From the IMG/VR virus record IMGVR_UViG_3300025732_000033: DNA of 64,000 nt. One strand, written 5' to 3'. The stretch is from an uncultured virus (IMG/VR IMGVR_UViG_3300025732_000033) (lineage: Duplodnaviria > Heunggongvirae > Uroviricota > Caudoviricetes). Below, piece after piece: positions 50,379 to 59,436 of the stretch; within the stretch, counting starts at the first letter, position 1, and every line of letters starts with the position of its first letter. The notes under the pieces are model-generated. The model made no database searches. It saw only the letters and a program-made list of their open reading frames with translations, and was not told where the DNA came from. A program made the position numbers and the translations under genes.

Positions 50379-51404
50379 ATGAGAATACTACCAGATCCTT
50401 TTAAATATGAATATATTGATTGTAAAGGTTGCACTCAACTTGAACGTAATCAAGTGTGCCACTCGATTATGGATCATTGGGAGATGGGTTTTAATAAGCT
50501 CTGCGAGATTTTATTTGTGTCCGAGTCTTTTAAGCTTGAGCATGGTGAAATAACACCCTTCTTAACGAAGGAGCAGGATTTAATTGAATCTATCTTAGAG
50601 TCCGCAGGATTTGGGCATCTTATCCCACACGTAGAATACACTGCGTCAGTTAAGTGCATCAACGTTAAGGATAAGGATATGACCAAGGAAGATAAAGATA
50701 TCTGCCGTAACCATATTCTGGCGACTGTACGAGCCTGCAAGCCTAAGGTTATCTTTGTCTGTGGCAACCTACCCTTGGTGATGCTAACTAAGAAAAGCGG
50801 CATCATGGGCAAGCGAGGGAAGGCGTTTGAGTATGAGGGCATCCCTGTGGTGGCACTGTATCACCCAGTCCAGGTGCTAATGGAGCCTCAGAACCAATAC
50901 CTATTCAAACTGGATATCCAGAACGGTATTGAGACATACTATAACAAGCGTGGGACTGATTCAGAGTTCTCTTGGGAGATGCTAGATACGATTGAGAAGC
51001 TCAATAAGCTAGCGGAATATAAGAACTGCGATGTGGCGGTAGATATTGAAACCACCGGGCTAGACTTCCTCAAAGACGAGATACAGACGGTAGCCCTGAG
51101 CTTTAATCATAAGGGGAAGCTAGTTACTTTCACAATTCCAATGTATCACAAGGAATTCACTCACCCGGACGGATGGATTTCTACCGTAAATAAACTTTTT
51201 AGTGAAATATTTACCAACGACTTAACACGGAAGATATTTCACAAGGCACAATTTGATACAAAGTTCTTGGCTAGGCAGGGCTTGTCTGATATAAGGAACA
51301 TCTACGATACCAAGCTCATGCAGCACATGGTTGACGAAAATCTTCCTAAGAGCCTCAAGGATTTGGTATCCTACTACTTTCCAAATGAGCAGGGCGTAAT
51401 CTAA
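50379..51404 (+). CDS. polA: DNA polymerase A part 1: family-4 UDG-like Fe-S domain plus ExoI/ExoII of the 3'-5' exonuclease
   Basis: CKGC, VKC, ICR, LYHP; VDIETTGL, FHKAQFD, YDTKLM.H.VDEN..SLKDL. Confidence 0.85.
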   Translation: MRILPDPFKYEYIDCKGCTQLERNQVCHSIMDHWEMGFNKLCEILFVSESFKLEHGEITPFLTKEQDLIESILESAGFGHLIPHVEYTASVKCINVKDKDMTKEDKDICRNHILATVRACKPKVIFVCGNLPLVMLTKKSGIMGKRGKAFEYEGIPVVALYHPVQVLMEPQNQYLFKLDIQNGIETYYNKRGTDSEFSWEMLDTIEKLNKLAEYKNCDVAVDIETTGLDFLKDEIQTVALSFNHKGKLVTFTIPMYHKEFTHPDGWISTVNKLFSEIFTNDLTRKIFHKAQFDTKFLARQGLSDIRNIYDTKLMQHMVDENLPKSLKDLVSYYFPNEQGVI

Positions 51405-51913
51405 TGTTAGGGCAAGACGGCAAGAAAACAGACTGGAAGAACATGCCCCTGCCAACGATGGCTAGAGGTAATGCTCTTGATGCCTACTTCACCATGAAGG
51501 TATTCCAGAAGCTAGAGAAAAGAATCTCTGAGCTTAAGATGGATAACCTCTATGATAAGCTCATGGTTCCAGCGGTCGAGTTCTTCAAGACCATGGAGCT
51601 TGACGGTCTTTTGATATCGGGTAGTAAAGTAAACGAACTGGGTGTCTTGCTGAAGGATGATATCCTTAATAATGAGGATAGATTGTATTCCTTCAAGGAA
51701 GTAGACAAGACTCTAGAGCTTACCTCCACTGATGACCTTACTCGTATACTCTATTCTTGCGATAAGAAGAAGAATATTGTAGAAGGTGGGTTCAACCTGT
51801 ATCCCCCGATCACATCGGAGAAAACTGGGGCTCCAAGCACGAGCGCGGAAGCATTAGATATCTTACTAGAACAACTTGAAGAAGAAATCAATCGCAGAGG
51901 TCTAAATGAATAG
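51404..51913 (+). CDS. polA: DNA polymerase A part 2: ExoIII, linker and thumb
   Basis: NALDA.FT, ME.DGL.I, L.S..DL..ILY, KTGAPST..EAL; TAATG coupling. Confidence 0.85.
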   Translation: MLGQDGKKTDWKNMPLPTMARGNALDAYFTMKVFQKLEKRISELKMDNLYDKLMVPAVEFFKTMELDGLLISGSKVNELGVLLKDDILNNEDRLYSFKEVDKTLELTSTDDLTRILYSCDKKKNIVEGGFNLYPPITSEKTGAPSTSAEALDILLEQLEEEINRRGLNE

Positions 51914-52994
51914 GTTTGAGAAGCTTGAACTTGAGAAGCAGATATCACAGTCTGCTATTAGATCTCTAAGCGACGCCAACATCGTGAACGCTAGAGATTT
52001 CATCAAGGGTCTACTGGATTACAGAAGATCCAAGAAGCTCTACGATACCTATATCTCAGGTGTTAAGGAGGCAATGCAATATAATGGATCAGACCGGATT
52101 TACGTGGAGTATCGTCTCGATGGGACTGTCACTGGACGACTCAGCAACGCTGGGTATGAAGCTGGCGACAATCGAATGGGTATATCATTTCATACTCTGC
52201 CCCGAGAGACGAAGTTCAATATTCGTGAATATGTTGTGGCTCCCAAGGGCTACAAGTTTATAACCGCAGATATGAAGAGCATGGAACTCCGAGTTCTAGC
52301 TCACTTAGCCAAGGAGAAGAACATGGCTAAGGCATTCAATGATCGCATGGACCTACATACGTATTCTGCTTCTATGACGTTCGGTAAGCCTATGGAAAAG
52401 GTGACCAAGGAGGAACGTCAGATTGCTAAGGAAGTTAGCTTCTTAACGGTCTATGGTGGAACGGAGAAGACGCTAGCTATGAAACGTGGTATTAGCTTCA
52501 AGAAAGCGAAGGGTATTATAGATGGCTGGATGGCTGCATTCCCAGGTGTTCCCAGATACATGGAACATGTTCAGAACTTTATTAATAGTAACAAGTATGC
52601 CTATACTATCTTTGGGCGTCGTCGGAATCTACCGAATGCTGCGTCCGAAGCTAAGTATATTCGGCAAGAAGCTTTTAGGCAGGGACTGAACTTTACGGTC
52701 CAGTCATCAGCCAGTGATACTCTAGTCTGCTGTATCCTAGGGCTGAATCAGGATCTAAAGCGGAAGAAAATGGGTGCCAAGATAATCGCAACGGTCCACG
52801 ACTCCATAGAGTTGATTGCACCAATCGACCAAGTAGACGAGACCATCGCATTACTCTACCACCATATGGTTAACTACCCTTATATTAAGGAGAACTTTAA
52901 GTTTGAGTTCTCAGTGCCGATGGAAGTGGAAGTGGTAGTTGGTGATTCTTTTGGCTCAGGCCAAGAGTATCATCTCAGCAATCCCACTTCCTAA
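51906..52994 (+). CDS. polA: DNA polymerase A part 3: palm/fingers
   Basis: LLDYR...KL..TYI, TVTGRLS, motif A ADMKSMELRVLA, motif B RQIAKEVSFLTVYG, NFTVQSSASD, motif C VHDSI. Confidence 0.92.
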   Translation: MNRFEKLELEKQISQSAIRSLSDANIVNARDFIKGLLDYRRSKKLYDTYISGVKEAMQYNGSDRIYVEYRLDGTVTGRLSNAGYEAGDNRMGISFHTLPRETKFNIREYVVAPKGYKFITADMKSMELRVLAHLAKEKNMAKAFNDRMDLHTYSASMTFGKPMEKVTKEERQIAKEVSFLTVYGGTEKTLAMKRGISFKKAKGIIDGWMAAFPGVPRYMEHVQNFINSNKYAYTIFGRRRNLPNAASEAKYIRQEAFRQGLNFTVQSSASDTLVCCILGLNQDLKRKKMGAKIIATVHDSIELIAPIDQVDETIALLYHHMVNYPYIKENFKFEFSVPMEVEVVVGDSFGSGQEYHLSNPTS

Positions 52995-53361
52995 GAGACT
53001 TATTAATACGTGAATCAGGATCACTAGCAGTCTTCTTAGAAGTTAGTTTGCTTTTCATGCCGGACATTCTAGCACAGAATGACTTTCTTCTCGATGCTGA
53101 CTTCTTAGACTTCTTGGCTTGTTCAGAGGATACTGGGGGTTTGAGATTATGCCCTTGAGCTTTGGCTGATGCTCTACCTTTAGCATTTAATCCACCTTCT
53201 GGATTCTTACCTTCTGATCTTTGCCAAGCAGGAGAGGATTCTTTCATACAAGATCCTTTAGAATATGGAGTCTTACCTGGAGTTGGCTTATAACCTTTCC
53301 AACAACGATTTTTTTTAGCTTCGGTTATGAGTTCAATTACTCTTTCGTAAATCTTATTCAT
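52975..53361 (-). CDS. Basic conserved phage protein, probable internal head protein
   Basis: LITE, CWKGYK, AWQRSEGKNPEGGLNAKGR, RRKSFCARM, SRINKSLRKWDC; a motif set common in T4-like phages. Confidence 0.7.
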   Translation of the reverse strand: MNKIYERVIELITEAKKNRCWKGYKPTPGKTPYSKGSCMKESSPAWQRSEGKNPEGGLNAKGRASAKAQGHNLKPPVSSEQAKKSKKSASRRKSFCARMSGMKSKLTSKKTASDPDSRINKSLRKWDC

Positions 53362-53741
53362 GATTGTTTTGATACCATCTTATTAAATGCTTTTTCATTT
53401 GCAGCGGCCTTTGCACCTTCATTTCCACTACCTCGGCTGGTATTTATAGTCTTCCCCCTGACTGCCTGAACTGGCCCCTCACTCTTCTTGCCAGAACCTT
53501 TTGGTTTTAATGGCATAGGTTTCTTTTTTGGATTTGATGGTTGATCTTCTTTTGATGGTCTATCAAAAGTGTTTGCAGCAGTATTTGGACCTTGAGCCTT
53601 TTTTACCGCTCTTTCATTTGCTTTGGCTTTAATTGCGGCCATTTTGTCAGAATCGTCTGCACCGATATCAAACTTTTCAGTTAATTTAGCTTCAACTAAG
53701 CTGTTAACAATAACATTTTTAATTCTCTCACGTATATCCAT
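53358..53741 (-). CDS. Basic low-complexity putative internal head protein (likely start ATG 53741)
   Basis: SD AGGTG 6 nt upstream; LVE/LTE motifs followed by a K/P/G-rich tail. Confidence 0.55.
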   Translation of the reverse strand: MDIRERIKNVIVNSLVEAKLTEKFDIGADDSDKMAAIKAKANERAVKKAQGPNTAANTFDRPSKEDQPSNPKKKPMPLKPKGSGKKSEGPVQAVRGKTINTSRGSGNEGAKAAANEKAFNKMVSKQS

Positions 53742-53785
53742 AAAATTCACCTATTATACTACAACTATCTAGGGGTTTAGCATCA

Positions 53786-54544
53786 ATGATTTATGATTAT
53801 TTAAAAGATAGCCGGAGTTTTGTTACCCTCGTCGATCAGATGCAGGTAGACCCGGCATTAAAAACCGTTAATTCGGCTAGAATAAGTTATAATAAGTATA
53901 AAGATAAGTTTGAGGAGTCCGATAAAAAGTTAGCCACGTTCCTCTGGGAGCATGAGCATACTAGCCCCTACCGGCACTCTTATTATACTTTCCACATTAA
54001 AGCCCCATTATTTTTATTCCGCCAACTTATGAAGTATCAGGTTGGATCGGGATTTAGGACTTATGAGGCTAATGGGGAAACCGTCCGCCTGGAGATATTC
54101 GACCATTTCTTTGATGGCGATAAAGGCTGCTCTTGGAACGAGATTTCAGGGCGGTATGTCGAGACCTCCACCGAGTATTACAAGCCCTGCTGGGCTCGTA
54201 GGAACCCTCCCCATGGCAATAAGCAGGCATCCGAGGACTTCCCAATAAATAACGGGGTTCATGCCGTAATGCAGGACACAATAGATAAAACTATGAATGT
54301 TATGCGGCAGGCATATAAAGAGCTACTGCATTATGGGGTGGCCAAGGAGATTGCCAGGATGATCCTCCCCCAGAACATTTATTCGGAAGCTTACTGGACA
54401 GTGAGCCTCCAATCTGTTATACACTTCCTACATCAAAGACTCAAGCCAGATGCCCAGCTTGAGATAAGATTGCTAGCCGAGGGCATATACGAATTAATTA
54501 AGACTGATTTAGATAAACTAGGTTTAACCAAGGATAAATTATGA
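53786..54544 (+). CDS. thyX: FAD-dependent thymidylate synthase
   Basis: VNSARISY, H.SP..H, APLF..RQ, SWNEISGRY, AKE.AR..LP, AQ.EIR. Confidence 0.92.
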   Translation: MIYDYLKDSRSFVTLVDQMQVDPALKTVNSARISYNKYKDKFEESDKKLATFLWEHEHTSPYRHSYYTFHIKAPLFLFRQLMKYQVGSGFRTYEANGETVRLEIFDHFFDGDKGCSWNEISGRYVETSTEYYKPCWARRNPPHGNKQASEDFPINNGVHAVMQDTIDKTMNVMRQAYKELLHYGVAKEIARMILPQNIYSEAYWTVSLQSVIHFLHQRLKPDAQLEIRLLAEGIYELIKTDLDKLGLTKDKL

Positions 54545-54912
54545 GTTCTAGAATTAAAGTTTATTTTATGACTGAAGATCCTGCTTTATCAGAAGAGCAG
54601 GCAATTAATTTTAATATTCGGCATTTCCGTAATTATCGGAAAAATAAGAATGGGGGTATAGAAGTAGATCCCTGTGGTGGGTATACTGTATTGTCGGAGG
54701 AGGGTTCTGGTCAGATGTTTGTGGCCAAGTGTAATCCCAGAGATAAGTTTAATCGTAGAGAGGGTCTAAAACAGGCAATCAAGCATTATATGAATTGCCG
54801 TATTTTTAATCCATCTAGAGTTCAATTTATGTCCTCTTTTGATAATATTTCAAATGATGAGTTTGCGGCTGTTTATTCTTATGGTCTCCCTATAAATCCA
54901 ATAAACTTTTGA
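54541..54912 (+). CDS. Hypothetical phage protein
   Basis: GGYTV...AKCNPRDKFNRREG motif typical of small phage proteins. Confidence 0.55.
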   Translation: MSSRIKVYFMTEDPALSEEQAINFNIRHFRNYRKNKNGGIEVDPCGGYTVLSEEGSGQMFVAKCNPRDKFNRREGLKQAIKHYMNCRIFNPSRVQFMSSFDNISNDEFAAVYSYGLPINPINF

Positions 54913-55961
54913 TGAAAACTGTAGTCATAGGGGACTGCCACTTTTATAATGCTTATCCAAGTTTTGATTATTTGGAAAAGCAGTTTGATACAATTAAGGA
55001 AATCCTCAAGAGAGAAACCCCTCATCGGGTTATCTTTCTTGGGGATATATTCCATTTTAGGAAGCCAGATCCCGAGACCATAGTTAGGGTAAGTGATTTC
55101 CTAAAAGATATTAGCTATGGATATCCTGGGTTAAGTGAGATTAATCTTATCCGAGGTAATCACGATACAGCCGCTAAGTCCGATACAAATCCATTAACTA
55201 TCCTAGACATCTTTGATTTATTTCATAAGGTTAGGGTATACTCTGGATCAATGTATCACGAGGAGGACTCAATAGGCAAGTTGAGATATCATTTCATTTC
55301 TCATTATGACGATGAGAATATCATCTGTCAAAAGCTAAATGACATAACACCCCATAAAGATACTAAGCATTTTGTATTTGGACACTTTGGATTTAAAGGC
55401 TGTATCAATCCTAATGGTGACGAAGATTCACCACTGACCCTGGATGTATTCAAGCATACTACATTCCTAGGGCACATTCATAAGCCGCAAGATGAGGGTA
55501 ACGTCCATGTAGTAGGAACTCCATATTCAACATCATTCTCCGAGGCTGATAATAAGCACCGATATGCAGTGATTGACGAGGAGACTGGTGAATATCACTT
55601 CAAAGATATTACTTGGGGCTTAAGATATCTCCAGTTTGATTTAGGATCTTTGGAGGCCAACAAGGAGTTTATAGTAAATACTGCATACACCACTGTCCTC
55701 CGTGTATACATTTCCCACCTACTAGACCAGAACTCCGTTGATCTTAGAAGAAAGATCATGGACGAATACAAGGTAGCATATGTCGATATTAAATTCCTTC
55801 CAATGATGGAGGATGGGGAGAGTAGCAGTTATCGTCCCCGGAGCATGGTGTTTGAGATAAACGATGAGCTAATAAACAATTATCTTAATGAGGCTAAGAC
55901 CGAGATCCCCAAGGATCTATTATTACAAGGTCTAAAGACTCTGAGAGACCATGATACTTAA
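54912..55961 (+). CDS. gp47: Recombination nuclease gp47 / Mre11-SbcD-like
   Basis: GDCH, LGDIFH, GNHD, GH, GHIHKPQ, VGTPY..SFSE. Confidence 0.92.
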   Translation: MKTVVIGDCHFYNAYPSFDYLEKQFDTIKEILKRETPHRVIFLGDIFHFRKPDPETIVRVSDFLKDISYGYPGLSEINLIRGNHDTAAKSDTNPLTILDIFDLFHKVRVYSGSMYHEEDSIGKLRYHFISHYDDENIICQKLNDITPHKDTKHFVFGHFGFKGCINPNGDEDSPLTLDVFKHTTFLGHIHKPQDEGNVHVVGTPYSTSFSEADNKHRYAVIDEETGEYHFKDITWGLRYLQFDLGSLEANKEFIVNTAYTTVLRVYISHLLDQNSVDLRRKIMDEYKVAYVDIKFLPMMEDGESSSYRPRSMVFEINDELINNYLNEAKTEIPKDLLLQGLKTLRDHDT

Positions 55962-57534
55962 ACACCTAAAAGTAAAGAACTTCTATAGCTTCAAAGAACT
56001 TGATCTAGATCTACTTCAATTCAAGAACATTGTTTACGTCAAAGGCGTGAACCGTGATAGTGGAGGAAGTAACGGGTCTGGCAAGAGTTCTATTCTTGAG
56101 ATGATCGTATTCGGTCTCTTTGGTAAGACTATTCGTAAGTCTACCGAAGAAGCATTAATTAACTGCGACAACAAAAAAGCTCTCGTAGTAGAATTAGACG
56201 TAGCCAAGCTTGGGGTAGGTGAAGTTAAGATTATTAGAGGTAAGAGACCTAACATACTTAATTTCTATTTGGGCGGCCAAGACCTCACCCAGGACAATGC
56301 TCTCAAGACTCAAGAGAAGATAGAGGAGACCCTAGGACTGAGCTATAAGACATTTATAGCCTCAATAGTATTCGGCCAACACTCCGACCTTGAGTTCCTT
56401 TCTGCCACTGCTGATGATAAAAGAACTATCATCCGTAACTTCCTTAACCTAGAGGAAATCTTTACTTGGCGGGATAAGATTAAGGAGCTTAAGTCTGAAT
56501 ACAATGTTAATGCTAAGGTAGCCGAGACAATCATCCTAGAGTTAAAGTCCCAAGAAGATAAACTTAAACTTAAGATGCAAGACATCGAGCCCTTTGAGAT
56601 GCCTGAGACTATTCAGGAAGTCTTAATAAGGGAAACCACTATTAATAGTTTGGCTCAAAGTATTAATAAGCTCAAGGATGAGCATGACGACCTTAAAGTT
56701 AAGGAAGATGAACTGTCTGCACAAATTAAGTTAGGTGAGTATTCTATTAAAGATACTTGTAAAACTTGCAAGAAGGTTTATACCAAGAAGCAGACTAAAG
56801 CTAACTTAAGAGGATTGCAGAAGAGATTAAATTCTACCGTAGCTAAAGTTAATAAAATTGGTAACTCCCTTTATAAGTTAAGAGGGGAGCTTGCCAAATT
56901 AAAAACTAAGTTAACGCCTGTCCAATGGTATGAACTTAAGAAGAAGGAAGATTTATTTTTATCGCAAAAAAAGATAAAGGATGAATATAATGAGATCCTT
57001 GCCCGCAGACAAGAGCAGGAATTAAAAAAGAATAACCTAGAACTTAATTATGAGATAATGCGATTCTGGGAAAAAGCATTCTCAGAACAGGGTTTAATTA
57101 AATATTTTATAAGAAATATTCTAGATTATCTCAATTTTAAGACAAATGAATACCTATCCCTGCTAACTAATAATCAGTTCGTCATTACTTTCAATGAAGA
57201 GTTGGAAGAGATTATTACTAATAACGGTAGGAAACTCTCTTACATATCTTTAAGTGGTGGCGAGAAGAGGAAAATAAATTTATCTGTCATGTTGGCACTC
57301 CAATCACTTCTAAGCCATACGTCTAAAGAGCAATCAAACATTATATTCTTTGATGAGATTGCTGAGAATATGGATGAAGATGGGTGCGTTGGAGTATTAA
57401 ATTTATTAAAGAGTTTAAAAGAGGAAGATAAGACTATCTTCTTAATTACACATAATGCCCATCTTAAGAGTTTATTAGATGGGTGTCAGATTTTAAAAGT
57501 AGAAAAGAAAAACGGTGAATCGAGGATTATATGA
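55951..57534 (+). CDS. gp46: Recombination ATPase gp46 / Rad50-SbcC-like
   Basis: NFYSF, NGSGKS, zinc hook CKTC, LSGGEKR, FFDE, ITH. Confidence 0.93.
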   Translation: MILKHLKVKNFYSFKELDLDLLQFKNIVYVKGVNRDSGGSNGSGKSSILEMIVFGLFGKTIRKSTEEALINCDNKKALVVELDVAKLGVGEVKIIRGKRPNILNFYLGGQDLTQDNALKTQEKIEETLGLSYKTFIASIVFGQHSDLEFLSATADDKRTIIRNFLNLEEIFTWRDKIKELKSEYNVNAKVAETIILELKSQEDKLKLKMQDIEPFEMPETIQEVLIRETTINSLAQSINKLKDEHDDLKVKEDELSAQIKLGEYSIKDTCKTCKKVYTKKQTKANLRGLQKRLNSTVAKVNKIGNSLYKLRGELAKLKTKLTPVQWYELKKKEDLFLSQKKIKDEYNEILARRQEQELKKNNLELNYEIMRFWEKAFSEQGLIKYFIRNILDYLNFKTNEYLSLLTNNQFVITFNEELEEIITNNGRKLSYISLSGGEKRKINLSVMLALQSLLSHTSKEQSNIIFFDEIAENMDEDGCVGVLNLLKSLKEEDKTIFLITHNAHLKSLLDGCQILKVEKKNGESRII

Positions 57535-59435
57535 AAGTAAAGCAACTTAATGAGTTAGGCCAAAAGATTTTTGAGCAACGTTATGCTTATCCTGGCGAGA
57601 CTAAGTATTCAGATAGATGCCGAGCCATGGCAAAGCATATATCGTCCGCAGAGAAGGATGAAGAGAAAGAATTCTATGAGCGTAGATTCTTTGAGACGCT
57701 AGCCGCTGGTGACTTTGTTCCAGGCGGAAGAATTATATTCGGTTCTGGACGTTCACGGCAGAACATGTTAAACTGCTACGTCCTTGAACCCGAGGATAAC
57801 GTCGATAGCATCGGCAAGGTCATCGCAGACATGTATAAGATTTCATGTGCTGGCGGTGGTATCGGATTTAACTTTAGCAAGATCCGCCCTCGTGGTGACG
57901 ATATCCAGAATATCAAGAACTCCGCCCCTGGTGCTGTATCCGTTATGAGAATGATTAACGAGATTGGTAACCACGTAAGAGCCGGTAAGAATCGTAGAAC
58001 CGCTCTCATGGCGGAACTCAATGTCACCCACCCAGACATTATGGAGTTCCTCAAGGTTAAGCTAGACCTTGGCGAGCTAACCAACTTCAATATTTCAGTA
58101 GCGATTACTGATAGATTTATTCAGGCTTGTGAGAATGATGAAGATTGGTATTTCACGTTCAACAACCGTAAGTATTACACTTACGAGATGACTCGTGTAT
58201 CACCAACGGGGGAACGTGAGCAAGTTACTACCGTAGCTCTAGATCCACAGGATGCTGTAGAGAGAGTTAAGCTTCATCAGCTTAAGCACTTCAACGATAT
58301 GTTTGAGGATGTTAAAGAAATGAAGTTCAAGGCTCTTGATCTATGGAACAAGATTTGGGAGAACTCAGTTAAGTCTGGCGATCCAGGTATCTTCAATATT
58401 GATCTAGCCAACAACTACACTAACGTTTCATACTTTGAACGTATGAACGCTACGAATCCATGTGGTGAAATTACTCTACCGCCATATGGAAACTGCTGCC
58501 TAGGCAACATCAATCTTGCCAATATGGTAGATGATAGTGGTGAGTTCGATTGGAAGAAGCTAGCTAATACTGTAAGACTCGGTATCCGATTCTTGGATAA
58601 CGTCCTAACGGTAAACCACTATCCAATTCCAGAGTGTGATGAAGTTGGACAGAGATCACGCCGAGTTGGTCTTGGTGTTCTAGGTATGCACTACATGTTC
58701 ATCAAGTTAGGAATTAAGTATGGTTCCGAGAAGTGCTTGGAGTTCCTTGATAGACTATTTGCAACGATTCGTGATGAGGCTTACAAGACTTCAGTATATC
58801 TAGCTCGTGATAAGGCTCCATTCCCTGCATTCAACGCCAAGCTCTACCTGCAAGAGAGTTTTGCTAGAACGCTACCAGCTAGAATCAGAATGATGATTCG
58901 TGAGCATGGTATTCGTAATGCAGTTATGTTAACAGTTCCACCAACTGGAACCATTTCAATGGTTCATGGAGTTTCAAGTGGAATCGAACCAATCTTCGCT
59001 GCTATGTATATGCGTAGATACCGTGTAGCTAACACTTGGGCAGAACAAGTTGTATTGGACCCACTCTTCAAGGAATATTTGGAGCAAGGAAAAGACCTAG
59101 GTTTATTCGTCGGAGCCTATGATGTAACTCCCGAAGAGCATATGAAGGTTCAAGCCACGATCCAGCGTTATATTGATAACGCGATCAGCAAGACGATCAA
59201 TCTGCCAAATACTGCTCAATGGGAAGAGATCTCTAAGGTTGCATTGCAGTATGCCCCATATCTAAAGGGTCTCACGGTTTATCGTGCTGGCTCTAAGGGA
59301 ATGGAACCACTTCAAGCTATTCCCCTTACTGAGGAGAATATTGAGAAGTATGCAAAGCCAGTTATCAAGACTGTTGCTACTGAGGCTGCATCAGCGGAAG
59401 TATGCAGAATTGGTGATAATAGTTGCGGGAGCTAA
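57531..59435 (+). CDS. nrdJ: Class II (B12-dependent) ribonucleotide reductase
   Basis: PGGR, NCYV, GGGIG, TNPCGE..L..YGNCCLG.INL, PTGTIS, ISKTINLP, C-terminal Cys pair; no NrdB adjacent. Confidence 0.9.
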   Translation: MKVKQLNELGQKIFEQRYAYPGETKYSDRCRAMAKHISSAEKDEEKEFYERRFFETLAAGDFVPGGRIIFGSGRSRQNMLNCYVLEPEDNVDSIGKVIADMYKISCAGGGIGFNFSKIRPRGDDIQNIKNSAPGAVSVMRMINEIGNHVRAGKNRRTALMAELNVTHPDIMEFLKVKLDLGELTNFNISVAITDRFIQACENDEDWYFTFNNRKYYTYEMTRVSPTGEREQVTTVALDPQDAVERVKLHQLKHFNDMFEDVKEMKFKALDLWNKIWENSVKSGDPGIFNIDLANNYTNVSYFERMNATNPCGEITLPPYGNCCLGNINLANMVDDSGEFDWKKLANTVRLGIRFLDNVLTVNHYPIPECDEVGQRSRRVGLGVLGMHYMFIKLGIKYGSEKCLEFLDRLFATIRDEAYKTSVYLARDKAPFPAFNAKLYLQESFARTLPARIRMMIREHGIRNAVMLTVPPTGTISMVHGVSSGIEPIFAAMYMRRYRVANTWAEQVVLDPLFKEYLEQGKDLGLFVGAYDVTPEEHMKVQATIQRYIDNAISKTINLPNTAQWEEISKVALQYAPYLKGLTVYRAGSKGMEPLQAIPLTEENIEKYAKPVIKTVATEAASAEVCRIGDNSCGS

Positions 59436-59436
59436 G

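Noticed and set aside
51386..51913. PolA breaks as stop-codon reassignment, introns or inteins
   Set aside because: The fragments are in different frames. TAA, TAG and TGA all end bona fide genes. There is no intervening sequence and no intein C/HN termini.
58150..58330. Insertion in NrdJ as an intein
   Set aside because: Only about 50 aa, with no splicing motifs or endonuclease signature.
59284..59436. Track-given upstream starts for ORFs 59284, 43292, 61254, 53750 and 3730
   Set aside because: They overlap upstream genes or promoter boxes; downstream ATGs (59437, 43331, 61278, 53741, 3724) fit coupling, SD or leaderless context better.
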